This document shows, one piece after another, positions 1-11,900 of a DNA stretch of 64,000 nt. Origin of the DNA: Ramazzottius varieornatus (Eukaryota; Animalia; Tardigrada); the NCBI GenBank assembly GCA_001949185.1, contig BDGG01000001.1:6671591-6735590 (forward strand), given 5' to 3'. The position numbers and the translations under genes were made by a program. The notes under the pieces are model-generated. The model saw only the letters and a program-made list of their open reading frames with translations. It did no database searches and was not told where the DNA came from. How positions within the stretch are numbered: position 1 is the first letter of the stretch; every line of letters starts with the position of its first letter.

Positions 1-857
1 TGATGGCATAATCCAGAGGAGCTAAGTCGGGGCTGTTGGCCATCCAGTGGTAGTGCAGGATGTAGTTCGGATGATTCGCTTCCATCCAGTTTTGCGTCAG
101 AATCGCCACATGAGACTTTGCACTGTCGAAATGCACCATGACATCCTGCGGATTTTTGAGGTACAGCCGGGGAATGTCCTTTTTCACCATCGGCGACAGA
201 ACATTGTCCACAATGTACGTAGGGCTTTGACATTCCGTTCCAACATATTCCGATTGCGGCCATGATCTTCTGGGGCCAGTGCTTCACCGGCTTTTTGCGC
301 CACTCATCTGGCACCTCCAAAACTCCATCCGTGTAGAAATAATCTCCTTCGCTGTTGCAGTCGTCAAGAGTAATCCATGTTTCGTCCATCGTAAAGATTT
401 TCTTGACTCTGTTACCCCATAGGTATGATATAAACAGCGTTCCGCGTTCATACTTCTGTTTTCTCTGCGCTTCCGTCAGGTGATGAGTCTTCTTCCTCTT
501 GCGCGCGTTCAATCCCAGATCCCGATGGATGATGTTGCTCACAGCGCCAAGGGAACATCCTAGATTGCGGGAAAACTTCCGATGGGAATCTGGATGCTTT
601 TTGAGAACTGCTCTCTTCACTTTTTTGGTGGTGTCCTTCGTACGTACCGCAGGGAGGTTTTGCGGAGGGAGTCGTTTCGCCGGTTTGGCCCATCCGATTT
701 GCTCCTTTCCTTCTTCTCTCATTAGCTTACCGATCGTTTTATAATGGATAGGAGTTCCGAGATCGGCAAGTCGAGATGAAATCTGCTTGTACGACAAACG
801 TTCGATGTGCACTGCCACGACCACAGCCTTCGTTTCAAAACTAGTTTTCGAACCCAA
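1..857 (-). mobile_element. Tc1/mariner-superfamily transposase, DD37D (maT/mori-type), frameshifted, runs off the left window edge
   Basis: Manual minus-strand translation gives an N-terminal HTH region (LSYKQISSRL...SHRKFSRNLGCSLGAVSNIIHRDLG), first catalytic Asp in IFTMDETW and KIMAAIGICWNG. After a frame change near 215-220 it reads YIVDNVLSP...VHFDSAKSH...WMANSPDLAPLDYAI, with 37 residues between the second and third Asp. Not in the ORF track because the frames run off the edge. Confidence 0.9.
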
Positions 858-1744
858 TTCAGAACCGAACTCAACAAGAAATATCTTAAAAGATGCGGCA
901 TGGAAAATAGAATATGAGCTCAGCTGAGATGATGGAAAAGCAATTACAGGGATTTTTGTTTACAGCCTAGTTTCAGGTGGTAGCGACTTGGCGTGAAGGG
1001 GCTGTATCTGGGTTCCGAGGCAATATGAATTTGTCGACCTGGTACCGTAGATGTTTTTTGGATTCGCCGTAGACTGCCCTCCAACCCGTTCGAAGTCTGC
1101 TGCTCAAAAGCGAAAGTGTGGAAATCATTTCGTCTACTTACGAAAACGGCAACGTTATAGCGTAGAGTTCATGAGGCGCTCTTTGGCCCAGTACAACTTC
1201 ACGTATCCTCCAGGAGAGAAAGTAGGAGTTAAATATTATAACGGATAGATTTTCGTGAGTATTGAATTCGAAACGAGTCATAAGTCATAAGTGCATCGAT
1301 GTTTCCATAGAATATATGTATCCATCGTGCTTCTCAGCCTCCTCATAACACGCTGACAGTCTAACGTATTATTCATTTCATAAAACAACAACCATAGGCT
1401 CATAAATTTTTAAAGTGAGAGCAATTTATAGTGTAAACTCCTATAAATTCACAGCGAACTTGATAGACCTTTTCGTACAAAAAAAACAGAAGAACAGTGG
1501 CACGGACCTGATATGAAATATATTCGTCAAAAAAAACAAAGTCTGAGCACAAAGTCTGGGATCTCAATAAAAGGAAACGCAGACGAAAACGAAAATATTA
1601 ACTCATCGCACAATCAGCATAAAATCCAAAGAACTTACACAAAAAGTCCACCGAAGTAAACGAGAACCGTTCACTCAACCCAACTCAAGAATAAAAACCA
1701 CATACTCGGTCAAACTCTGTACAAAAAAGCAACTGACTTTCACT

Positions 1745-2983
1745 TTACTTTTCGTTGACCGGCCGACAATTCACCAGCCATTCATAAATTCTTGTATTCT
1801 GTTTCATGGACGGCGTCTTCTTCATCACAGCCTCTTTCTGTCCACCAAGAGTCACGGTTTGTCGGGGCGAATCCGGCTCGTCGTCGTCAGTGTCGACAGA
1901 GTTCACCAACTTGATCGCTCCCATGACTGAAACTGACTCTAACGCTTCTTCCTGGTCCTCCTCGTCAGACTCTTCCATGGCATCATCGGACACTTGGACA
2001 TGTAATCTTGGGTTTCGTAGTCTCTGGGCGGCGGTCTGGTCATCGAGGCCCATGGAGTCGAAGAAGCGTTCAAGTTCTCCAGCGGAGGAAATAGACTCTT
2101 CGCGCCGCTTCTCAACGCACAAGAAACGACTCGAATCAGTCGTTTTCAGGCGTTTACCGACTTTAGAGCTTCTATGAACGCGTTTACGGTTAGAAAAAAT
2201 GGAGGTTGTGGAGGAGGAATTTGAGTCGTCGTCGCAGGAACGAGGTTGCTTCTTGGTGGATGAACGCCTTCCAGAATTCTTGATCGGCTCCTCTGCAAAA
2301 CAAACAGTTTCGCACGAATGCGTTAAAAGGTGAGACATTCTTCGCGGTACCTGAGGTCTCGGAGAAGACTTCGGTATCTGTGTCCATTCCAGTCATGCTC
2401 GTGCAGATTAGGTGATTCCTCAGTGGACTATGGTCGTATATGCTAATGGTCGTAGTCGGAGATACGGTAAGCAAGTCTTTCGAGGGAGACTCGAAAATAT
2501 TTGGCATACTATAACGGTAATGTAAAGATTCTGGAGCAAAATCTGCAAAGAGAGAACGGAAAACCCCATGAGAACAACCGCTTCCAGTTACAGTACGTGA
2601 AACGGTACAACGGCATAACAGTATGCTAGTGCATGTCGCAACAGCATAAAACTAACGCACACGCTAAGACACGCGTTCGACTGTATCACTTTGAACAGAT
2701 GGTCGTACAACCGCGCACAGACACGCGACAGCCAGGTGCATACATCAGCTGTTTGAAATTAATTTTTCGCAAAGGTAATTTGGCTTAGTTCAAAGTTTCC
2801 ACCCTTCTACCTTTAAGGGACGAAAGGATTTCTTCAGCCACCGCCGATGAACACATTCTTTCAGTGAGTCTAGCAGCAACCGAGTAAGTACTCCGAGTCT
2901 TGCGTGGTCCGGACATGGACGTGGAGTGATAAGACTGGGCCTGGCCACTGACGGGAATGGGAGAGGAAACTGTCCGAGACATC
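1745..2983 (-). CDS. FAM110-like protein, about 3 exons (approx. 2983-2811, 2542-2351, 2292-1745)
   Basis: ORFs 2785..3135, 2190..2507 and 1745..2338 join through GT-AG introns. C-terminal motifs ELERFFDSMGLD and SMKQNTRIYEWLVNC resemble the FAM110 C-terminal domain (LERFF..CGLD / IERNARIIKWL). Start codon uncertain. Confidence 0.6.
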
Positions 2984-3804
2984 GTCTCGTTCGTGTCCGT
3001 CAAACGTACCAAAACAAACCTAAATTTCGTCCGAAGTCCCAGGATCCACTGATGAATATTGCCACAGGAATGGCCAAGGGGATGGAGAACCAAGGTGAAT
3101 TCAGAAGATGGGCTACAAAAATGGCAAAGACACATCAGTCAATCAAGTGGAACATGCAGGCCAAATGATCGAATTCCTCACCTTCAGCAGCATTTAGGAG
3201 ATCAAAGGATGAGATGTCTTCATCTTTCCATCAACGTACGGAACTCTTCTGCACGGCTTCCTCACGGTGATACCTCCAAGTGCGATGCTGACGAAACTTA
3301 GCGCAAAACGTACAGTGATGATGATGGAGCGCAACGAAAGTTGGCTGGACGAAGTCAAAGTGAGGCAAATTCCGCAGAGAAGTTTACCAAATCCACTCCC
3401 CAGTGGAGTGACTCCACAGTCCACACCGATGAGCAATTCAGCATGGATGTGCTCATACGAGGTAAAACGTGTAAAGTTAGCCACCGCTGTGCCGCATGGT
3501 GCTTGATTGGTCAGTTAATTGTCGATCCAGGCTCTTTAACATAGGATTTTCTAGTCTCGGAATTGAAAATCTCCTGGATTCTGTCAATCTTCACGTGGAT
3601 TGTTACTAGTACCATTCGGCATCTCGTTGTTTTATCTATCAACTTGTCCATAAACATTCTGGAACAAGTGCGAAAGAACAGGCCAGTTTGGATAGCTAAC
3701 TTTACATGTTCGGTATAGGCTGGCAAACTTTACGCGTTTTACCTCGTACTGCTTGATGACGACTGATAATAGCCGTGCACGGCAGGTCCGTGCTCGCTAG
3801 TCGC

Positions 3805-3924
3805 TACTGTATGCTCTCCCGAAATTCATGTACGTCACTGTTATGGTCACCGTATGAGAACTCTTTCTCTAGTTTTACACTCTGAATGGAGTGACGTACG
3901 TGAATTTCGGGAGAGTATACAGTA
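3805..3924. mobile_element. ~120-bp hairpin MITE with TA-CTGTA...TACAG-TA termini
   Basis: tactgtatgctctcccgaaattcatgtacgtcact is nearly the reverse complement of agtgacgtacgtgaatttcgggagagtatacagta; TA at both ends. Confidence 0.75.
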
Positions 3925-4438
3925 CCGGTGCAACGGGTGCATCCATGCTGATCTGACTCCACATCAATTTTCATTGCCATGTGCCAGTACCGCCACGTGG
4001 AACCGTGCACTAGAAAGAATAGAATAAAATTTAATGGGAAAAAATGCGTTCCCGGTTGGCGGGAAGCATGACGTCAATATCCACCAAGCAGCGAGTCGCG
4101 CTGACGTCACTGCGATCCACAAAAAGCCCATCAGCAAAACCGTTGAGCTCGTACAGTGTAGACCAACCGACGAGAATCTGCGCTGTAGAGCAGAAATCTG
4201 AGCCCATATTTCTAATCAGGAGACCCGGATCAACGGTACAGAACAAGTAAGGTATGTAGTTCATGGCACACAATCTACCGGATCTGCGCCAAGCATCACA
4301 GAGACAGTTTGACATAAAGCAAGGGAGATTCATAGATTTTAGTCGTTCGGACTCGCTTTGGTCCGTGAAGGTGCGCTGAGCACAGACTGAATTACTTCGA
4401 AGCACTTTGTTAGCCACTTGATCGGGAGACAAATCAAC

Positions 4439-5817
4439 ATGGCATTTGTTTGGTTCATGGTATTCCTGACAGTAATTCCTTTAGTCTTTGCAGATGACCA
4501 ACAACTGTGCAACGTCAAAGATGTCCTGCTCAACGGAAGGGTCGTCAGCTCGCAGAACCTCAATTCATACGCCTACATGTTCAACGTTCCCGTTTTCCCC
4601 ATTTCCGACGTCGATCCACTGTGCACATTCTACCTCTGTCCAAACGGTACCCAGACATTCCTGCTGTGTGCAAAGAAGAAGCCCATCACCTCTTCCTCGG
4701 GATCAGCGCCTCTTCCAGCCAGTTCCGGCATCATCGTGGCCAGCTCCTCATCACAAGGTACATTCCAGCCCACGGCTGCTTCTCGCTCGTTGTACGACTA
4801 CTCGCAAAGCTACAGTCTGACCAACGCGATGCCCAGTACCGGTATCCCGGTGGCCGTCACCGCTGCCCTCAACACCTACTACCTGTACGGTCCGAAGCTC
4901 CCTCTTTCCATCAAGTTCTCGCTGTGTGACGGTGGCAACGGACCGACCACCTTCACCTTTGACCAGTTCGGCCCTTCCAGCAACAAGATGCTCTTCGGGC
5001 TGGCCAACACCCTCGTCACGTCCCTCACCGTCGAATGCCTCAACCCGATGTTCGTCACCAGAAGTGGACTGTTGGAGGACCTGGTCAACCTGAAGATGCT
5101 CGACATCAAGTTCACGCAGCCGACTGCCACGGACTTTACCGCACGGAACGTCCTGGTTCTTCCCAGTGGAGCGTTCGCTGGAGCCAAGTCGTTGGAGAGT
5201 ATTCGGCTAGATTTCCAGAGTTCCAAGGTCCGGTTGAACAGCACTGTCTTCGACGGGCTGCCGAAGCTGCAATGCTTGGAAATGTCCGGGAGGAACTTCG
5301 ACTGCACCTATTGTCCACTCCAGGATCTGCTGGCCAACTCGACCTTCACGCGACCGGATCTGAACAATGGCTCGTACTATGCAAATCCTTATCTTCCCGC
5401 AGACATCATGTCCTGTGGTGGGTAACCGTCAACTCAGTCCTACCAAAATTACTGTACCAAGAATAGGAGCTCGGCAAACAAACTCTGCCAGATCGCTGTT
5501 CCAAGTAGCGCACTTCTACAGCGTTATTGGCTGTGAACGTGCGCCACTTGAGAAGACTATCTGGTCGCCTTTGCTTGCCGAACTGCCAAAATTTAATAAT
5601 CAACGTATCAGCTCGCCAAGCTTCCGTCGTTCAGAGTTATCGTTAATTTCTTATTCACAGGCCAATATCGAGAAGCCTTCTGCGACGGAGCGTTCAACAG
5701 GTCGATCATCTTCGCCACTCGTCAAGAATGTCAAACGACCAACTCGTCCGATCCACTCTTGGAGTCTTCCAGTCCGCTAAATGCTCGTATGGTGCCCATG
5801 ATGCAGCCCATTATTAA
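4439..5817 (+). CDS. Secreted leucine-rich-repeat protein, 2 exons (4439-5421, 5661-5817)
   Basis: Signal peptide MAFVWFMVFLTVIPLVFA. LRR-like units LEDLVNLKMLDI, LPSGAFAGAKSLESIRLD and VFDGLPKLQCLEMSGRNFDC (LRRCT-like). Strong coding bias; donor gtaacc at 5422 and acceptor cacag at 5660. Confidence 0.75.
5467..5585. repeat. Intronic palindromic element (AAGTGGCGCAC family), full-length copy
   Basis: Arms gagctcggcaaacaaactctgccagatcg..ccaagtagcgcac and gtgcgccacttgagaagactatctggtcg..ttgccgaact. Confidence 0.85.
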
Positions 5818-6186
5818 TCCTTTTACCTCAGTGTTCGGAGCTTACCCACGCGTTCAAGGTTACCCTGTGTAGTAATGGTCGCTAGTAAACCACTGTATTG
5901 TTTGTGTCCAGTCTGAAGTAACCATGAACCGTTTTTAATATTTTAGCTTTGATGTGAATTTAGCCTGTCATACTGAGATTATCTGCACGGAATAGACTGG
6001 TAGCGAAGCCCAAATGCAGAGTGTTATGCTTGTGAAAGAAATAAAGCTACCAAAAAAAACATGACGAGAGATGAGACCGGGACCTTTGAATCACATGAGT
6101 ATTTCGGAAAGGTTTCTGAATAAAAAAATGTCTTCCCCGACTATCGATTAAGCTTTAAATTATCTGACGGCAACCACAAGTTCTGT

Positions 6187-7591
6187 TTAGTGTTTCAAAA
6201 ATGATTGCTTACGAGTGTGCTCCGATTGCCAACTGTGAGCGTTCTCGAATCCATTCTCCCCAGCTTGATAATCTGCAAAATACTACCAAATTAGTCGCTC
6301 ATATTTCTCCCCTGTAGTCAAATGGTTTACCTCGTATCGCCTGGCTGATTTCTTCTTGCGTATTCATAACGAAGGGTCCATGACGTGCAATGGGTTCGTT
6401 CAGCGGTTGTCCCGCAATGAGGATCAGTCGACTGGGACAATCTTCCAGGGCGTTCGCCATGAAGATACTGTCACCGTTTTTCTTGAAGGTGACAGTGTAG
6501 AACACTTCGTTAGTCTTTTGATCACCTTCCGGCCCGAAGGTAAATTTACCACTCCAGATGTACACGAAGGCGGTCCAGTCGGACGGAACCGGCTGAGAAA
6601 GCTTCGCACCGGGTTCGAGGGTGAGGTCGAGGTACATCGTCGGTGTCCTCGTTTTCACCGGAGACTATCAAAAGGTACAAATTTAGGGTTCCCCATCCCA
6701 GAATGAGCGACAAAAAGATTTTATGTACCTTGATACCGAGACATTCACCGGCAATGACGGTCGCTGTCACACCATTCTGCTTGGCTACCGGAATGCTTGG
6801 TTTACGGAGCTCTTGGTAGTCCGCGGGGACCATCTTGTCTTTCGCCGCGAGGTTTACCCATAGCTGCAGCCCTTCACCACCTTCAGGACCTGGAATTTCA
6901 CTGTGCAGGACGCCACGGCCGGCTGTCATCCACTGGAAAAGAACAAAAGCAACCTATAAACATCTCGCCCGATCAGGTCGCGCACGACGCAGTTCCTCTC
7001 CGACTGAACTAGGCCGTTCATTGCTTCGCTCCAGGATAAGGAAACGATATCGCATTGCGGTTCAAGGAGATCCACATACCTGTAGATCTCCCGGTCCGAT
7101 TGTTCCTTTATGTTTCTTAAAGTCTTCGTGTGTGAACGAGCCATTGATCATGTAAGTCACGGTCTCGAAGCCTCGGTGGGGATGATCAGGGAATCCACCT
7201 GGTGGCTTCACGTTGAAATGGTCCAGTAAAAGGAAGGGATCCAGGGTGCTGAGCTACGGAGTAGAACGTCGAACTGATTAACTTCCATCTCCTTCCGGTG
7301 ACTTACGTTAATGAGTGAGAACACAGTAGGCAGAGGTGGCTTACCTCTGATTTCCCAATGGACCGGCGCACTCGAGCACCTACACAGCGAAAGGGAATAT
7401 TCAGCCTTCAATCTTCAACTTGCCTCTCTCTGGGAGACTCTTCCTGTCAGTACAATCATCCTGGTAATGTCCACCGTCAGTAGGAGCGCATCTGTAGACT
7501 AAAAACCTCAGATCTTACCACGTCCTTCCGCCTGCTCGACGGAAAGTACCATCTTGTCCACCGACCGCGCTTGTCCGGATACCACCGTCAT
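6187..7591 (-). CDS. PIR: Pirin (iron-binding bicupin), multi-exon
   Basis: Exons encode VEQAEG/VGARVRRSIG, DPFLLLDHF..GGFPDHPHRGFETVTYM...HEDF...GDLQ/WMTAGRGVLHSE...GLQLWVNL and LIAGQPLNEPIARHGPFVMNTQEEISQAIR/DYQAGENGFE, the canonical pirin motifs. Confidence 0.96.
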
Positions 7592-8058
7592 CTCCGATCG
7601 CAGATGGCTGAATACCCTTGATGGCAGCTGAGCTTCCAACAAAGATCTAGATGCTTCCCGAAAGCGTAGACCACAGTCTCATGGATTCTATGCGAAGAGA
7701 AATAACTATACAGAATGAAACTGACAAAAAGTTCGACACCTTGTAAGTTGCAAACCGATCGCTAACGTCATCATTCATGAAACGAAAGAATTGCGTAGTC
7801 ATCATGAGGTACAAATTTTTGAAAGGAACTCGACTTCATCGAATGTCAGCCAAGTTGAGCCAACCATACTGCAGCTGCAGGTGCCAGTGGATATAATAGG
7901 GTGACGTCAAGGGTGTCCAACTAGGCGTGGCCGTGTCCGCGACTGTGATTGGCTAAATCTGAACACCAACTACAACGGCTGATCGATCAAGTCAGTTGAC
8001 CACCAAAATGAACAGATCAACTGGATCAATCAGCCGTGTGCGCACATTACTGGATCAA

Positions 8059-8516
8059 GCGCACATTACCAGGGCGCTGTACGCTGTGCTGTGCTGCACA
8101 CCTTTCATGTTCAGTGGCTAAGCACTCGAACGTGCTGCAGATGCACGTTGACCTGGTGCATCTGCGCGGAACACCGATGTATTGAAGTGGTTTGTAATTC
8201 AGTCAACGAAATCGGTACTGAGCCTGGAGAACATTGCCCTAGAGTACGGCAAAGCTGAGACGGCTGCCGTTCGAATGCCCAAAAACTGGAATTTTTGTTA
8301 GGTTTCGGTAGGTGCATCTGCACGGTAGTCTATGAATTTAACATCATATCATAGCATAACCGCGCACCTGTGAATGTCGGTGTGATTGTGCATGCTGCAA
8401 CTTGAGGAATTGCGAGAATACACCAGGTCAACGTGCATCTGCACCACAGCTGCTTAGCCACTGAACATGAAAGGTGTGCAGCACAGCATAGCGTACAGCG
8501 CCCTGGTAATGTGCGC
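8059..8516. mobile_element. Non-autonomous element with ~100-bp terminal inverted repeats between the divergent pirin and CAP-H genes
   Basis: gcgcacattaccagggcgctgtacgctgtgctgtgctgcacacctttcatgttcagtggctaagca...gcagatgcacgttgacctggtg (8059-8158) is mirrored at about 8421-8516. Confidence 0.85.
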
Positions 8517-8940
8517 AGCACAGTTACAGCATACTTTTGGACCTGCGGCCCAGTGCTCCAAGACTCAAAGTATCGTCAACGGTTTCTACATTCTTTCATC
8601 TCGCTGTTTGCGGCGCAGATCTTCTTTCTTCTCATTTTCGGCGCTTCCACTCCCCACCTTTGTTCTGATCTGCTCATCCGAACTTTCTGAACATCCTAAA
8701 CCTCATGGCAGACCTTCGGAAGTTTCTTATCGAGGCTTCCAGATTAGCGGAACGAAAGCTGCCACCCGCTGAGTAAGGGTATGCTTTGCATCGAGCTGTT
8801 TAAGTTTAACCATTCCTGAACGTTGTTTGCTGAGTTCGTTAACATAATATTTAGCATTATTCCAGATCACGGATTGTGTAACGGACTGGCAGCTCGGCGG
8901 AAAGTGTGCTGACAGTTTGTATTTTGAATACCATTCTACC

Positions 8941-11900
8941 ATGGCAGCAAGCACAACTGCAGCTCCGTTCAAAGTGCCAAAAGGACCAGCGCCTCCTTCA
9001 AACAAACACCTCAGAAATGCACCACAAACAGGCTCGGGTACCCCTTCTACCAGCCGCGGACATCGGGAAAACCCTGGCACATCTGCCAGATCCATGGAAA
9101 GGAATACCGGACAAGGCGAACGCAACCTAGAGAGTTTTGAATCGACTATAATTTCCACTGTCAGAAATGGACGGTAATATTATACGCTTCATGGTTGATT
9201 GTTGATTGACTGAATGTTTTTCTAGACAGCGTCGAGGAAAGTTGGAAGATTTGGAGGACGAAGAGCTTATGGAATATTCCGATGAAGTGTTCGAGCTGAA
9301 CCGGAAAAAGGTACGAATGCTGTTTTAGAAGGTGGAAACTTTTCTGACGTTATCCGAATTTTAGCAAATTACGGTGAAGAACGCCTTCGATTGTAAAATC
9401 ATTGACTGCACGAAGGAACTGCTGAAACGATCTTCACTCTCTCAAGCCATCTCGAACGGAACGGCTGAAGAAACTACACAGGAAATGAAGCAGTATGCTT
9501 CGCGCCTCGAGCTGGGTGGTCGTGTTTATGGGCTTCGTGTGGAGAACACCTTTAGGATTTCCAAAGAGTTGGAAGAGAACTTGGCCCGTGCTGCACAAGG
9601 AAAGGCTCGGAAGCCCCGAGTCGAAGTTGTCGATGATGAAGACAAGGACGGTGGGGGCGGAGTGGGAAATGCTTCAGATGAAGAAGCCACCAGACTTGTG
9701 CTGAAAACTGTCAAGAAGAAAACTCCGAAAGGACCGAGGAAGTCGTCCGTTGTGAAGGAAAGCGAACTCAGCTGTGCTGAAACGGACACTAATGCTAATG
9801 TAAGTACTTATGTGTGACGTCAACGTTTCTATTCAGTGTTCGTACGTCAGCCGTAGGATCAACGGAGAGTGCTGATGACGTCATACGATGTGTTACTATC
9901 GTACTACCGTGTGACCCCCTGTAGTGTACTCAGATACGTTCTGGGCACCCACCTTGACTGGCGCATTACGTCTGTGGTTTTGCCGTCATCATGCGTCTCT
10001 TGTATTCATCCATGTTTCTAACTGTTTTGACCGCGAGTTTGATGAGTTTCTCCGTTGCAGTTGATCTCGCGGTACTGGACCCTGATTGGGAATGTCCAGC
10101 CGGGTACGATGAAAGATTCCTGGACGCACGAAGGCGAACGCGCCGAAACGGCGAAGTCGTTGCGCTACGTCATGGATCCCGACTTCACTTGCCTGCATCG
10201 ATACAACGAAATGTGCCGATCGCCCGAAGCAGACACGTCGTCCGCCCAACGAAACTTGGCCGAAGAGGCCCAGGAAGAGCTGTCCGTGACCGAGGAAGAA
10301 GTTGCTGAGGCGGAAGAAGCTTTACTTTCAACAGGTAAAAGAAAGCTCAAGACAGTAATCGAATAGCGTCGACAAATGGGTTTTGTCATATAAAAAACGG
10401 ATTTCTCAAAGTTTTCCAAATTGTTCAGGTGACGCATTTCTAGATTTTGCGTTCAGGTGTCCAGCTAAACTGATTGTATAGGTTTGTAGAGATCTTAATG
10501 GGCTATTGAACGGAAGCAACAGAGTTCGTTTCCGTCAACCGGTTGCAAATTTATGAGAGGATGAAAACAGGGGTTGAGAGCTGCAAAACTTGGTAAATCT
10601 TGCGTATTACCTCATACGCGTCAAACATCCCTTAAGGCGTGAGAAGAAGTTGATCTTTGCTCTGGGGTTAAATTGTACGCGTACGTAATGCTTGAAAGTC
10701 ATAAAGCAGTACGAAGTGGGTAACAATCTGCATCTGTCACAGCCAGCTTTAGTGAAAACTTAAAACAAATTAACTTCTCTAAAACTAATCATGTCATTTC
10801 GTGACAGTTGGTACCTTTCGAAAGCCTGAATTTTTCCCTACGTTAAAAAAGCAAGATTCGGAATTATCGCGAAAAATCCGTTTTCCATATGACAAAACCC
10901 AAATGTAGAAGCTGGTCTCATATTCGATCGTCATTCTTCATCCTGCAGTTGGGCAAACCTTGTCAAAATGGGCCGAGCAAGGAACCAGTGTGACGGACTG
11001 TGTAACTTTTCCGAAGCGATTGTCCAAGCAGTTGGACAGAGCCATCGCAGTGGCAGCTTCCAAACAGGTAAGATCAGTTCGGACCTGAATCTGCTGAAGT
11101 CCTTACTTAATGTGTACGTCTAATTTGTACTTTTCCAGCCACGGCTCATGTTGGACAACATGGAAGCTCACACGTACCTCAGTGAGGTGCAGAGGATCGA
11201 GGTTTTCAGGAAGGCCTGCCATCAGGTTGATCAGGAAGGGAAACTACTGCCTGGAGTTGTTGACAGCGATCAGGGCGACGACGCAGCGAGCGAAGCTTCA
11301 GTTGGCGACTTTCGAGATGACGCTGGTGAGTTTTTGATGTTTTCGCGATCTCACAAAAAGAAATTCCGTGCGTGGAGATTATTGTATTCGACGTGATGCT
11401 CGTTGAATGCTGAACTGTCATTTTCTTGCAGGCGACATGTTTTACGACACTGAGGGTGATGTCGACCTACCCGAGATGCCTTCTGCTGAATCGTCGCAGG
11501 CAGTCGAGTCTAGCCAGTCCAGCCTTCGTGAACTCTCTCTCTCGCGCACTACTGCGCCTTCTGGTTCTAGCCGAACCACTAGAGCGGGCTCTCTCGTCTC
11601 ATGCGCCGAAAACAACTTTGAAAACAACGAGGACAGTCCAACTCCCACAAACGAGTACGTAAAATATCAGTCTCAAATCTGGGGGGTTTTCTCCTCTTTT
11701 AACAAGTAATAGTTTGAAAAGGCTAATTTGTTTACATTTACATTAAATTTGCGTTTTATTTATTCCTGATTCTATTTTCAGTGAGTATTTGGAAAGTTTT
11801 TGTTTTTGTTTTTGTTTAATTTTGCCGGGTCGGTTAAAGTCAACCGAAAGGTCTTTTGACAATTTACTACGATTTTTCCCGCAGAGAATCGTCGAAGACG

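Noticed and set aside
2926-3544. Cluster of short plus-strand ORFs
   Set aside because: No recognisable motifs; they overlap the probable 5' region of the minus-strand FAM110-like gene.
6187-7591. Pirin as a horizontally acquired bacterial gene
   Set aside because: It is intron-rich with a eukaryote-like C-terminus, and pirin is widespread in animals; nothing in the sequence requires HGT.
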